Of a DNA stretch of 64,000 bases, positions 1 to 13,476 are shown piece by piece. The position numbers and the translations under genes are program-made. The notes beneath the pieces were generated by a model, which worked only from the letters and a program-made list of their open reading frames with translations, had not been told where the DNA came from and made no database searches. This DNA comes from Lingula anatina (Eukaryota > Animalia > Brachiopoda): NCBI GenBank assembly GCA_051362555.1, contig CM120646.1, positions 11,594,001-11,658,000 on the forward strand, written 5' to 3'. The stretch's first letter is position 1. Every line of letters starts with the position of its first letter.

Positions 1-188
1 ACAGTTAAAGAATATCCACAATAAATTCGGCAACCGAGAGGTGCGCCAACATATAGATAATTGCGATAGTATTTATGTCGAAATATCAAAATGAATAGCC
101 CCGCCGTTCGAGCCTTTTAACCAATCAAAGCAACGGAAAGGGGGTCACGTCACCTTCCCACTAGGCCATGCCATGTAAACAAAGCAGC

Positions 189-2300
189 ATGGTCGGCTGT
201 AATGAAGAGTTTGAGGAGGGAAACGCGAATTCTTCGCCCAATTCTCATCTTTCGTGTTGCATGCACATAGAAGAAGGTAGCTAATTAAGAGACTCTAGAT
301 ACCATTTCACGTGTTCGCTGGGAAACTTTTAGAGTCGCAGCGAAACAATGGCTGAAATTTGGCAGCAGAGAAGCCACTGCTGTTCAGTGGATCCGTACGG
401 ATTGAAATAAAGGATTCGACGATTTGGAAGCCAAACCACGATGTCACTTTTCTTGCTACAGAAAGCTAAATAACAAGAAGGGGTTATCTCAGGCGGCAAA
501 GAAGTATGAGAAAGCTGAGAAACAAGGTAGTCCTGCTGAAGAAGGTATGTCAACATATTGTAATTTGTTTTTAAGTCAGCCCCGATCGTGTGATGTTAAC
601 ATTGTACGTGGCTGATGTTACATAACAATACGTGACTGATAAAAGTGATATGAAAGAAAGAAAAAAAGAAAATGATAAAAACAAGTTTATTAGTGTTATT
701 ATTATTTTATTTGTAATAACACTAAATACTTAGAGGTTTTAAGATTTGAAACAACTCATTCTCTGTTGAATAAGATAGTATAAGACCCCATTTCCAGAGA
801 TTAGATCGATCTACTTTAGGGGTTCACGCTAAACAGCTGTCAGTGGGGCGGGCACGAAAGTTAATTACCCCCTTACAGCTTGTATTAGGCGGGACGAACA
901 TTTAAGCCGGATTATCTGACAGTAATCTAGTGAGACTCCCCGCAGGGACAGATCAATCTAAAAGCTCTGGGAATACAGCCTAAGCCAGCTGGACGTTCTT
1001 GCCATGATTAACATCTCGTTATTAGTTCATCCATATTAGCATTGCATTTACACAAAAAAATGTAAGGCTTCACACAACAAGATATACAAACAAATGTTAT
1101 GGTGGGATTTTATGAGACAGAGGCTTAAGTATCATGGTAGAATATTTTATGTTATTTGTGGAGTGGCCCTCCCCCCCAATACATTGCTGCACATGTGCAA
1201 CCATTAGTGAATATAAATATGTACAGGCTAAGCCCAACTTCAATGAGAATGTATTTTAGGGAATATTTACTGTATCTTGTGAGCCAGAAAAAGTAGGATA
1301 GCTTTTCACAGAACAAGCTGCAATGTGATTAATTTAATTAGGACTGTTAGGAATAATCCTTGTAACTTTCCCTTATGAATAGAATCAGTAAAAGTATACA
1401 TAAATAGTATCAATAAAGAAATACGTTGACAAACAGTATCAATAAAGGAATAATGATAATGAGTAGGGTGACTGGAAGATGTAGTTCAGTTAAATAGAAG
1501 AGGCACTTTTATTCAAGGCATCTTATATTAATCTGGGCAGCAGAATGCTAGTGGGCTCCCTTTTAATTATTAGATCTTTAAGCTTGATTAATTTGTCTTT
1601 GTTGCGACAAATATTAAACAGTGGGTCTCATTTGCCTGTAGTTTGTTACAGCTTAGTTCCTCATAAAAGGAACACGCTGAGCCACTAATACATTGAATCC
1701 TATACCTACCCTATGCCCTTTGAATCATGAGGATATATGTAATTATAGTTGTCAGTATCACTTGGTGTCAATCATGTGATAAACTCACATGCTACTGTCT
1801 TATCTTATTTCATTATTATTTATTTGTTTTATAGTTAAATCATAGTGATTGTATATACAATTGCACTTGCAACAATCAAGGATTTGCAGTCTGCTCTGTA
1901 TTTGCTAAATCATTTGTGTATCCAGGTATCCAGATGTTTTTATTTGAAATATGTATTCTCTGTTGTCTTTTTATTTATACAGGGCAACTGTTTTTATAAC
2001 TGAATTTTGAGCACATTACTATATTTTACATATCTTTGTTACACCCACTTGGATATTTATCCTACTTAATTTAAGGTTGTTTCTGTAGTAGTCAGTATCT
2101 GCACATTATAATGCACTAATATATATGGTATGAAAAGTAAAATGTTATTTTGCTTCTTTTACAGAACCATCAACCAGTTGTACTCTTCCCAAAATACAGG
2201 ACCATCTCCCAAGAAATTGAGATCAGTCTCAGGTTTTGGTATATCAAAGTCACCAGTGCTGCCAGCTATCTGCATTATTTGTAAAAAAAAAAGTTGTGGT
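189..2300 (+). pseudogene. Degenerate N-terminal fragment of Academ-type transposase (pieces 189-544 and ~2165-2300)
   Basis: With stops and frameshifts it reads ...SCCMH...RWETFRVAAKQW...CHFSCYRKLNNKK, then a GT donor at 545, an AG acceptor at 2163-2164, and PSPKKLRS...PVLPAICIICKK. These resemble N-terminal motifs of large invertebrate CXC/XPG (Academ) transposases as I recall them. Confidence 0.5.
784..980. mobile_element. Small MITE, PIF/Harbinger-like, nested in the Academ-like element
   Basis: Imperfect TIRs (GACCCCATTTCCAGAGATTAGATCGATCT vs reverse complement GGCTGTATTCCCAGAGCTTTTAGATTGATCT), flanked by TAA at 781-783 and 981-983. Confidence 0.5.
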
Positions 2301-4217
2301 CACTTAGTCTAGTTTTTGCAAGTGTTTTGATATTTAATGGGGAGACACTCATTTTGATGTAATTTTCACATTCATAATATTTTTTAATTGTTTTGTATGT
2401 CCTTAATTTGTTTGAGATTTAGCTATTTAATTCCTGCCAGAATAGTTTTTCGATTTTTATGTTCAATATTTCTAAAAGGTTTTCTATTTGATATAATTTC
2501 TTTGGTGGGTTGTTATCTTCGGATAGATTCTGTCCTTGTGTTTCCCTTTGTATCTTGCTCAAGATTGTGCACCTGATTTACAGTTCTATTATCTACTGGT
2601 AGTTGTTCCAGTCTCAGACTAATCTTAAGACAGGTTTAGTTAAAGTTGAAATAATAGGGTAACTGCCGAGTTCAGCTCTAAAAATGGTATTGCTAGCCTG
2701 CTTTCTTAGACCTAAAATCCATTTGCAAAACTTTAAGTGTACCTGTTCGAATGGCATTTTATTAATCTTTTTCAGATATGCACAGGAAATGTATAAAGTT
2801 ATAATTTCACAGTTGAAATAATTAAGTTGGAAAAAAATATATTATATATATCATAAAAGCCTTGTTAAATGTGAGCTGTTATTTCTTTTAATATGCTGTT
2901 GTTACTAGACTATGCTGCAATTAATTGCAACAATCAAACTTTTTTAAAAAAAAATTGTACCTTTGCAATTTAAAGATAAACTTGAACATAAAAAAACCTC
3001 AGTTATTCTACCTAATGAAGCACTTAGATATTTTTGAAATAATTTTTTGAGCACTAGCCAGCTTCATAAACAAACAGCCCTCATGATACCTACATGTAGT
3101 TTGTAACTCTACACATGGATTTATACTATTATTAACATTGAGTCAAATAATTTTAAGTGATTATATGCGCTTTAACACACCTGATAATTAAAAATACATT
3201 AAATGTAACATTACTGAACATACATGCAAGTGATTATATGATCACTATATTGGGTAATAGTGTGACCTGTGTGCGATTGTAGAAGTGGTACAGTGCACAG
3301 TCTACGGGCTATACTACATACCTTTTTGCCGTGAATTCACGTCATCATTTAGCCAGTTATATAAATACACCTAAAATACACGTATTCTCCAACTATTTAA
3401 ATCTTTCTCTCAATATTGACATCGATTTTAAAAACCTAGGACGTATTTTTTTTCTTGAAACAACGCATGGGAATCGTCTATTAGATGTGCAAGCTTCGCA
3501 TGGATATTCATTGTTTACATCGATCAGATGTAGGTCAAGGGATCACGTGACCCTTTCCGTTGCTTTGATTGGTTTAAAGGGTCAAACGGCAGCACTCGGA
3601 ACTACTCGGATGCCTCCGCACTCGCAGTCGAGGATTGCCGATTGGAACGGCAGGGCTATTCATTTTGATATTTCGACATAAATACTATCGCAATTATCTA
3701 TATGTTGGCGCATCCTACGGTTGCCGAATTTATTGTGGGTATTTTTTAACTGTTAATCTTCATGCACCGTGAAAATTGTCTGCCCACTGGAGCTTTTTAC
3801 ACAATGAAACGATAGACCACTGTAGGCAAGGGACTACTACTTAGAATTTATTTTATGACTTTCTTGGTAATTTCGTCATTTTAAATTGCCCGATTGGGGC
3901 TACGGGGAATATATTACATTTTAGGCGATTTAATCCTAAATTGAAGTATTACTATTGCTACTAGTTCTAACGCTGCCAACAGAGATTACTTACCGGTAAA
4001 CTGAGAAATTCAGGGTGGTCAAAAGTTGAAGAGTAAGATAGAAAATGTTGCCTTATATAAAGCTGTTTGTACAGGGGATGCACATAATGGTGAATTGTTA
4101 TAAGATCAAATGACCAAGATCCTGATAATCTGCCATTTTTTCTTTGTTATCTTTGCCTAAGTTGTGCAGGTATCTACGAGAAAATCGACCGTAATTCAAG
4201 CATGGAAGTTAAGCTTA

Positions 4218-5322
4218 AGCCTCGGTCACAACCGGACGCACGAATTTCAGGTTCGTTGTCCCCTGCGATTTTTGTGTGTTGCTGAGATCATAGAGGTAGA
4301 GGAAAGTCTGCCTTGCGAGTCGCAAGGGCCACATGGGATGTCCTTTCAGGCAGGGCCGCTAATTGCAAGGAGCGATGGTCGTGGAAATTGTACTCAATTC
4401 TTGAGTTTGTCTTGCTTCCTGTGTACGTGGCACATACTCACCACTTACGAAGGGAATGCAACGCACGGCGTAAGTAGTGCCCTTTTGCGTCAGTTTTGCT
4501 TCACACTTGCCTCACATGCTTGTGGTGACGTACTGACGGCGTGCGTCAGTTTTGCTTCCTGTTCTCCTCTTCTTTCTTCTTCGTCCTCCCTTTTTTCTAC
4601 TATGTAAGCTTCTTTCTCTTGCCTTTTGGAGGCATATTTGAAACTGAATTGAGCAAAAATTTGAAATTTTTGAAAATTGTTGTACAAGTTACAAAGTCGA
4701 CGTTCATTGTAAAGACACGAGCGTGCGTCGTGAGCACGCCTTTTATACACCAGGCGTGGGGGTGACACACATTCCCGGTGTGCTCTCGACTTTGTTCGTT
4801 AGTTGTGAGGGCGTGCGCCTTACTCAACACGCAAAGGGCACTTGCTCCATTGCTTGCGACGTGCGTCTTGCACAACGCGCGTATTTCTTGCAAACTCCGT
4901 GCGAGGGGAGCAAGTTACGCTTGCGGCCTCGCTGTTCGCAGGCTATTCGTAGAATCTTTTGGACATGTCCAAAATCCTCCGTACTTGCTTACGGGCTGTC
5001 TGCGAACTCGAAATTGCGTAAGAAGGCCTTGCGTGAGACGTGAGATTCTGCGCAAAATTTGGACGCAACCAGCCCGTAAGAGCCCGTACGGCCGGTTGTG
5101 ATAACATTTACAAGGGCGCTGTGCGATGAAATTGTCTGTACGGGTTTTTTTCGGCCTACGCCAAGTATGTCTACATTACATAGCCCTAAATCCGTACGAT
5201 TCCCTTCGATTTCGCAAGGCTACAGTCCGCATGTACCTCTGTTCAGACGCCATACGAAAAGGGGTAGTAAGGGCAGTATACCTGCACCATACGGGCATCG
5301 CACTTTAAATGTAATCTAGGTT
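4218..5322. mobile_element. Non-autonomous PIF/Harbinger element
   Basis: Ends AGCCTCGGTCACA... and ...TGTAATCTAGGTT, with TTA on both sides (4215-4217, 5323-5325). The right end is homologous to the end of the transposase-bearing Harbinger relic at 12840-12980. Confidence 0.65.
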
Positions 5323-6562
5323 TTAATCATAAGCTTCCATGGTCTTTGGAGGCCAAAGACTTAGAGAGAAAAAAGTGGTTGTATACACAGGAAAGGACCC
5401 GGCGGCCAATTAAAGCGAATCAAGACACTGACAATCCTGGCCTCGAGAAATGTAATTATAAAAGATGTGTACACAATAACATTCAGGTGCACAATAGCAT
5501 TTATTATGTATATGCATACATGCATCTAATAGATAGATCATCAGAGACGTTTCATATATTTGTATAAGCATTTATTACCAGCCTCCCTTACACTACACCC
5601 CTACATAAGCACGTTGACTGTGAAGTTACTATAACCGTACCCCACTAAAACACTGTACAAAATCACTCTGCGTTTCAACATTTTTGTAGCTTTCGAGCGC
5701 ACCCTGTTGTCAGAGAGTACTACTATCGACTCCAATGCGGTCTGTTAGCTCAAGTAGGAAAAATAAATAAAGGCGATACATTAAAGGTATACTTATTTTG
5801 ATTCCTTAATTTTAGATACCTCTGAAGTGTAAATACTCTGACAAGTGAAAAATGGAGGTTTAATGAAGAGTTTACTCGCACATTTTAAGGAAGCACTTCT
5901 ACTTTGATTGCATATATGTTATATTTATCATTCACCTTACAAACGTCAACGTCATCATTGCGCCAAATTCGCAAATTCGGATTAAATGATTAAAACCACA
6001 GAGCGCTGGTTCAGCTGAAGCATTGGTAGTTCCATTCTTACTGAAAATGAAAGAAAAAACGAATATACGGCTACTTATTAGACTATATACGTGTTAATCG
6101 TCCGTTATAACTGAATTAAACATATAAATCCGTGGCCAAGATTTTGCTGATAGAGAAGGGTAATGCCAGGAACAGAGGGTGAGCAACCATTTGCTTGGTA
6201 TAGCAGAGTACGTTTGCAGGTAAAATATTTACAGAGAATTAAGCCAAAGCTTGTATTCGCCTAAAAACTGCTATATTTTCTGTATAACTTCCTCCTCCAT
6301 TCTGGATTTTTAACTTTATCAGATACATATGCCAGTGCTTATGTCCTAAAAACTATGTACGTTGCCAAAATATGTACTTCTTTGTCTCATATGTGTATTT
6401 TACTAATATTTGCGAAATAACATGAAACTTCATCGAAATTATTTTAAAAGAGATACCAAAAACCAAAAACCCACAAATTGAAGGGACGTGATGTCATTTC
6501 GTTTTTCCCCAGTGCCTTGGCCCCATCAGTGTGGACGGTGGATCCCGAGCTGTTTAGTTCAT

Positions 6563-7666
6563 TTATTCGCGTTTCATGATGTAAAGCTCGTAGTCAGGTG
6601 GGGTCGTGGTGATTCCCGAGCGTTCGGGGAAAGGTCGTGGCAGTTGGGCACCAATGGGGGTGGAGAACTCGTACTGCTGGACCATCGAGGTCAGGAAGAG
6701 AAAAAATTCAATCCTGGCCAACTGCTCACCAAGGCAGGCACGGGGACCTACAATGAATTTTGTAAAAGCAAGACGCAAAATATCTCCGGATCTTAAGTTA
6801 GATATAAAGATTTTAATCCGTGAGCTTTTCTCTAATTACCAATTAACTATAAATATAAATTTAGTCGTATAACTATAAATATAATATATACGACCAGTTG
6901 AATATAGAAATTCCTATCAGCGATTGTTAAAGACAATGCATGGTATACAGTGCATGGTATACCATGACAGGGTAATAACTCAGCAATTTACCTCTATCAC
7001 CATGGCATAAGTGTATCCAAAACCCTTTCGAGGATGACTTAAAAGCTAGAAACTTTCAATTCAAAAATGTGATAGGATTGAAAATATATATACATATACC
7101 TTGGTGATTAAGGGGAATATGTTGAAATCTCCAGAATACATTATTTATAATTTTTTTATCTATACATATTAAAAGTAATTACACACATCGTGAGCCTTAA
7201 ATTCAAAACCAATAACTTAAACACTTCGAGTCCATCCTACAAGAAGACACATACCTAGGGAGAAGGGGAGGAATGCTTTACTGGGCTTGTAGAATTCGCC
7301 ATTCTTGTTGATCCACCTCTCAGGGCGAAACTCCTCGGGTTCGGGCCACTCCTTGGGGTCCATGTGAACCGAGTAGATGTTCGCCGTGCAGACAGTGCGT
7401 TTTGGTATTACGTACCCACACAACTCCACTTCATCTTGGGTCACGTGGGGGACGGATGTAGGTGCTGGAGAGAACGAGAAAAGTACTGGTTTTCACTGTC
7501 TGAGAAGTTGTCGAAAATAAATAATCTATGGTCACGCCATCCCCACCCCCACCAGACCACACCCATCGTGTCTGTGAGTACAAATTCTTTGCAGTTTGTC
7601 GCTAGCAAAAGAAACCACGTTTTATACCTAAAATTCGAAATAATCATGATTATACTGCCATGATCC

Positions 7667-7731
<65 letters not shown>

Positions 7732-10700
7732 GAATGAAAGGCCTCCAACACGAAGCCTTGTCAAGAGCCCCGAAAAAAAGGTGTTTTTGAGAGCAAACGG
7801 TGCCATTTGGTACGGTTTAGAACTAAGCTTCATCTAGTCATAATTCTTATTTCAAGAAGTGATACTGATGTAATTTCTTTTCAGCAAACGAAGGGGGACA
7901 AGACACCACCACTAAGTCCTCCACTGCGTACAAACCCTGCATCCTCTGATACGTACGATTGACTGAAGACGTAGGTCCTTTGGGAAACAGGATCAGGTAC
8001 TATTCTTTAGACAGAAAAAGTTAGCTTTCTACCTACCAATATTAACAACCCGCATCATTTCAGAGATGAACGCCTGCACATAGGGCAGGTGTGGCTTGTC
8101 TTGGAGAGAAGGGCGGCGGCCATTGTCAATCACCTGAAAAGAGGATTTGCCCATGTAAAACGGAAAGGCTCTTCAATCTTGACTTAATATTTTTGGCGTA
8201 TTAATGCACTGTTTTTAAATCTTCGAAACGGGTCCCCTTTTGTTTTATTACTTGATAAATTCTTTCTGCTGCTGTGTAGTGTTCTGGTTTACGAATAAGA
8301 CAATAAACCATGTTCTCTATCACCTGCATTATTTCTTTGTGCAATTCCCTCTGGATTTCTGGGTAGCACACCAAAAAGAGGATGGCCCAAGTAGTGGAGA
8401 GAGAAGTAGTTTCTGTCCCCGCAGAAAACAGATCCACTATGGCTCGAACCATGCTTTCATCTGGAGAAAAAAAAATAAATGTGCCATAATGACGGTACAT
8501 TTATAATAAGGACTCGCCCAGGAAGCAATCAAGCCAGCAGGTCCAGGTTTGGTTCACACGGTTAAAGAGTGAACAAACTGGAGTTTTGTGGGCTTAGAGT
8601 GTAACCAATTGCAAGGATTCTGTATGGGCCCCACGAGGACTACTCTTAAGGGCTATTCTTTTCCAGAGGTATTCTAGCTGTTTCAAAATTGTATACAGTT
8701 AGAAAAGTATCTTTAGAACATGTTTAGCATGGGATGGATTTTGTCACCTGATATAAATATGAGTGGCATTTTTCTAAGCCTTTTTCCCAGCTGCCATTAG
8801 TGTTTGTACATATATATAGTATTCATGTAAGTCCAATGAATAATGCTCTTCTCACTGAGCCCCCCTCTTCCCCTTTCGGACATAACTTACTGGAAAACGC
8901 TTTGGTTTGCCTCTTTTCTTTACCGGTTACTTGCAGGTACAGATCTACTATGTCCCGGATGTTGTCGGGGTCAAAGGTCTCCTTGTGCTTCTCCACCTGC
9001 TGTCTGACAAAATCTCTCAAGTCGTTTTGGATGCCTATCATGTCTTCTGTCTGGTGAAAGAAATGACGCGTATTTTGGTGGTCCCAGGGGTGACCAAGGT
9101 GGGTGCCTGTATCCTTCTGCTTTCGAGGTCCCATAAAATTATACCATTTACAGGCCCGTAGCTAGCAATTGCAAAAGGGGGGGGGTCTTTTTCTGAAAAA
9201 GTGGACTTTTTTACCATGAAACCTTTATGTACCTAAATAAAAAATTAACTCAGAGGGGACCTTTTCCCGGCAAACCCAACCGCCCTGGCTACGGGCCTAA
9301 TTTAAACAAGGATGTGTACACGACTTTTCTAAGGTTGACCCTGTCCCAAGGCAAATATCAGTAGATAGAGCCTATAATCTATGGGCATGTTCCCAATGAA
9401 AATATCGTTCTATGTATATCGTTCAAACTCAGCTGGGGCTTTCGTTGAATGCAATCAGATTAATTGAATGAAACGCCTCCCCCAACAGGAAGGTGGTGAT
9501 TCATTGTCGTGTGCGCTCGCTCCTACTCGAAACGAAGTGAAAAAGTTTCCAGAAGCAGAGAGCACATGAAAATTAATCACCCCTTGCATTCGCATACCAG
9601 TAGTTGGATCGATCTATGTAGAACGATAGTTTCATCTGGAATCCGTCCTAATTCACCAAGTCTGTTTGGTGCACGTATTTTAACTGAGCCCCAGTTTTAA
9701 ATGGACCAAAAGACATACTGGGTTCACGTACAAGTTAACTTCCAAATGTAAATCATGTCATCTAATATATTACCGATTCAGACCCTCTTTTGAAAGTGAT
9801 ACACACAAGAAATGTAAGAAACACGTGTTCCTTACCAATACTTAAAAGTTTAGGCTACCTGTGATGACGTTCGGATGAATCTCAAAAATGGAAACGCGTT
9901 TTCTGGAAGCGCGAGAGCACTGGTCCGAAAAAACCTCGCCAGTGAGTCCAACAGTTTTACAAACTGCTTGTCTGTGTACTGGAATCTGGAAAATAACACA
10001 TGAACTCATGATTGGAATATCCCATGGAATTCAGCGTATTAACAAGCTAGTACGGTGTAGGGTTCTGTTGAAGCATTCAACGACAAAATCACGGAGCCAG
10101 GGATACGGGAACATTATATAGCGTCCATAATTCCTGCGCACATGGAAAGACCACTAACAGACATTGGTCTACGTGAACCCCCACTCACCACCACCAGTTA
10201 TATCCCCCCATGTCCCCTTGAACTCATCCGTCTCCCCTGCAGCTCCTATGTGCCGCTTTTAGCTTCATTGTGCCTCTCCCTATTTCCCTTATGCTCCCCT
10301 GTGATCCAAATAACTACCCTGTTTCTCTATTTCCCCCTCTGCTCCATACAACTCTCCCTATTACCCTTACGCTCTCTTCTGACTATATTTCCCCCTATCT
10401 TCCTTGAGTGTACCAGTAAGTTTAGCTGGGCCCTCGGTGGAACATAGGACCTACCTGTCTCCGAACGTAATAGAGCAGATAATGTTGGACACTGCGGACA
10501 TTAACGTTCTCTGCAGATTGGTACTTTGTATGGACTGTGCTTTCTGCTTGGAGTCAAGTACTTCAAAGAGGGCCTGGCACTCGTCCAGTATGCGTTCCTC
10601 CAGCGTCTTCTTTCCCACTCCGAAATCACGAAAGGCTACGGCTATCATTTTACGCAGCTCGTGCCAGGAGGGGCCTTCGTTCATGATTAACCCTTAAAAA

Positions 10701-11380
10701 GAAGGTAAATGTGACGGTATATAGTTATTTACGATAAAGATGGTACAGGACTGCAACCAGAGGTTGAAGAAATTGTGGTTATAAATATAGAACTGCCTAG
10801 CATTTCGTTTCACATAAATGAAGCATCTTGAATCTTTGTAACGTGCTCATTCCACCTTTGATTCCCTACAGAGATCAGTATCGAAATGCAGTAGCTCTAG
10901 AACGACACTCATTTTCAATGATGCATAAAAAGTCCCCTAAGGCAATTCTTCTTAACACCATACTTTAATAAAAAGGTACATTTAGGAAATGTTTGAAAGC
11001 CTCACGCTGCAAATTCGCTTACCTTTCTTTCCTATACCTTTCTGAATGATATAAATCAGATCGTGAGGCCTGCCGGTGAATAGCTCGGCCTTTTCGGAGA
11101 AAGCCTCGTGAATGGCATCATAGCCGTTTATAATCACCATGTCCAACACCCCCAGCCGAAGTGAGAATACTGACCCGTGCTTCTGAGATATCTTCATGAA
11201 GTCTTTGGCCTGCATCTTGGCCCCGATCACGATGGGGAGGTTCCCTATTACGGGCCATCTCAACGGCCCTGGTGGATATCTGTGGGGCTTTCTCTGAGCA
11301 ACCAGGAATATCAGTATGATCAGAAATATTAACACTGTGGGCACGTCCAGATAGCTCAGCAACAGTTGTGTGATGCTCAT
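6563..11380 (-). CDS. Cytochrome P450, CYP2 clan, 8 exons, 503 aa
   Basis: Exons (minus): 11380-11023, 10692-10455, 9985-9859, 9050-8891, 8460-8324, 8133-8037, 7464-7255, 6747-6563. All introns are GT-AG and phases are consistent (1512 nt). Motifs: N-terminal TM plus PPGP..WPVIGN, WxxxR (WHELR), I-helix AGTETT, ExxR (EMMR), PERW, heme motif FSLGPRACLG. Confidence 0.95.
9151..9299. mobile_element. hAT-like MITE with 5-bp TSD in CYP intron 3
   Basis: TIR CAGGCCCGTAGC / GCTACGGGCCTA; ATTTA duplicated at 9146-9150 and 9300-9304. Confidence 0.75.
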
Positions 11381-12379
11381 TGCCGTTCCTTGTACCCTTG
11401 GGTTCGGTGGGACCCTAGCCGTAACTTCGACTGCAACTTTAGGGCTGGTCTTTTCACTCTGGACCCTGGATTCAGCAGTCTATGTGCGGATAGAGTGACC
11501 TTACACTGCGTGAAGGTTTTACAGGTAAGACGTACGCGTCCCATATATTGACCTTCTTATATTGCGTATTGTGGCTGGTGTGTGTATTGACTGTTACTGT
11601 GTACCTGGGATCCAAAATAAGATTTGGATCCAAGAGTGTACGTTGCAAAACATTCTGTTTACATGACCTCAGTCAAGTTTAAGAAGCAGTGCTAACGGGG
11701 AGAATGTATGCATGTGTAATGACTTGTTAAAGTTGAGACGTAGTTTTCGGTTTGCCGCACATGTACGTGTCACGTATAATAGCTAGTTCCGTTGTAACAG
11801 TAATCCAAGTCCCCCAGGTTCCTGGTAATGGTTGTCCGTAAGACTAACACTTGGGCATAGTAGTCCTACAGGGAGTTAGGTTCCTGGCTCATAATTAGTG
11901 TAGGTAGGACTTGTATTACTGTCGGACTTTTATTCCTGTTTTATTCCTGTTCCGGCCATTTGAAAGTCCTATCCTTAGGCAATAATACATATGAAAGCCC
12001 TCTGGTGAGCCATATATCAGACAAAAAATGAGAGGTTTGCAACTTCAACTCGTCTGTGTAGTGGTTAGCGTGCAAGACCACAAGGTAAGATATCATCGAT
12101 CGTTCTTTTGCATCTATGGGTTCGAGACCTACCTTTGACTTGACCATACCCCCCCCCCTCTTACCCCTATTTATTACTTGTAGCAAAATGTTTAATGGCG
12201 TTTTTAATGTCTAATATGTGTTCGAAATTCCGTGCTCATTACATTTACAACTTTTTTGTTTTGTCTTTTAAGTGTCAAAGCACCAAAATAGCAAAGGGTT
12301 ATTACAGAACATTAAATACATATATTGCAATTTTCAATTTCTAAACTGTCATGATTTGTCTTAAATCTCAGCCCATACT

Positions 12380-12722
12380 TTCCAAGAGCAAATTTCCATC
12401 GAGTTTGAGTTTCTCTTCAGGATTCTCTGATTGAATACTCCAGCGTCTGACATTAATCCACGGGCATCCACACCAACCCATATGAATTTATAGTCTGCGT
12501 CTACAACGCCCAAAACAACTATGGGAAAAATCCCTTTTAGTTAAAACACGCGCAACCAGATTCAATGGGCTTCTTCATTCGGACGTGCTTGGCTATGGCT
12601 CCAAGGCAATGATGGAAGTTCCAACGTCTCACGCCATCCATCTTGAGACGTCGACATCACCAACACCTCGTCCTTGTACTCTTTTACAATTTCCTTGCAA
12701 ACATCAGGAACCAACAAGGAAA
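12380..12722 (-). pseudogene. Harbinger (HARBI1/DDE_Tnp_4-type) transposase fragment
   Basis: Minus-strand translation with lesions: SLLVPDVCKEIVKEYKDEVL...W...RWNFHHCLGAI-AKHVRMKKP..SG...FN*KGFF..IVVLGVVDADYKFIWV.V.ARG.MSDAGVFN, matching the Harbinger DDE core. The first catalytic Asp is deleted, and there is a stop and a frameshift. Confidence 0.85.
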
Positions 12723-12980
12723 AGTCCGCCGTACAGTGCTCGTGCGGGTATGGTGCAATGCCACACCTATGTCATTACGACCTACGGGCTTACGATTTTT
12801 AAATTTGTCAGAAGTTTTAGCTTGACAAAATCGTAGATGCCACGGAGGCCGTAAATCCTTACAATTCGGTTCGATTTCGCTCGGCCATCGTCTACCTCCG
12901 CTCAGACGCGTACGAAAAGGGATTTACGGGCAGCATACGAGCCTCGTACGGACGACTCAATGGCAAATGTAATCTAGGAT
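12380..12980 (-). mobile_element. Truncated Harbinger element with one terminus (...TGTAATCTAGGAT then TAA)
   Basis: Transposase relic plus a terminal segment homologous to 5180-5322; TAA at 12981-12983. Confidence 0.7.
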
Positions 12981-13476
12981 TAAACAATCGAAAATACAAT
13001 TAATCCACACACAAGTCTTCTGCCCATTACCTCAGGCGGCACACTTCATGGTTTCAAATTAATGCTGACCGCTGCAATATGATGAAAATGTAGATACAGG
13101 GTAGTAGATTGAAGGACAAAAAACTAACAAGTCAAATAAAAATTAAACATTTAAAACGAAACTTTACAAAATAAAGAACAAACCGCTAGCAAAGTAGGTG
13201 TTAGGACTTCTCTCAGGCTAGAGCCAAGTGCACAAGCAAGCGACTCTATTAAAATCATTGCACAAGTCTGGGGGTTTCCTTTGTGAACTAAGCACATGAA
13301 AGAAGCGCTTCAGTAAAATATTAAACCATGCTGGTGGCGCAAAGCAATTCCCTTCATATACCCTATAAATTTAGAATTAGCCTTATTATGTCATAGTGTT
13401 GGCAGATTTTTCATATACGCTGGAGGCTGAAAAGAAAATTCCAGGGCAGCCACTGAGCATATGAAATCACTAAGAC

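Larger units (their letters stand above)
1..3755 (+). mobile_element. Non-autonomous/decayed TIR DNA transposon, Academ-like (left end truncated by window edge)
   Basis: 1-109 is the near-perfect reverse complement of 3645-3753; the inverted match continues imperfectly (112-180 vs ~3510-3580, CCAAT and TCACGT motifs). The right end ...AACTGTTA would give a TA (YR) terminus. It contains degenerate transposase-like exons (next feature). Superfamily assignment is inference. Confidence 0.7.

Noticed and set aside
4164-5319. Cluster of overlapping 60-147-aa ORFs
   Set aside because: GC-rich interior of a Harbinger-type element; no recognisable domain (MPPKGKRKK may be the dead start of the accessory gene).
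7441-7833. Poly-Lys ORF
   Set aside because: Translation of a ~60-nt homopolymer in CYP intron 6, probably part of a decayed MITE.
12040-12150. tRNA gene (GTGTAGTGGTTAGCG...GGTTCGAGACC)
   Set aside because: A/B-box-like motifs are present but I could not build a cloverleaf; at most a decayed SINE head.
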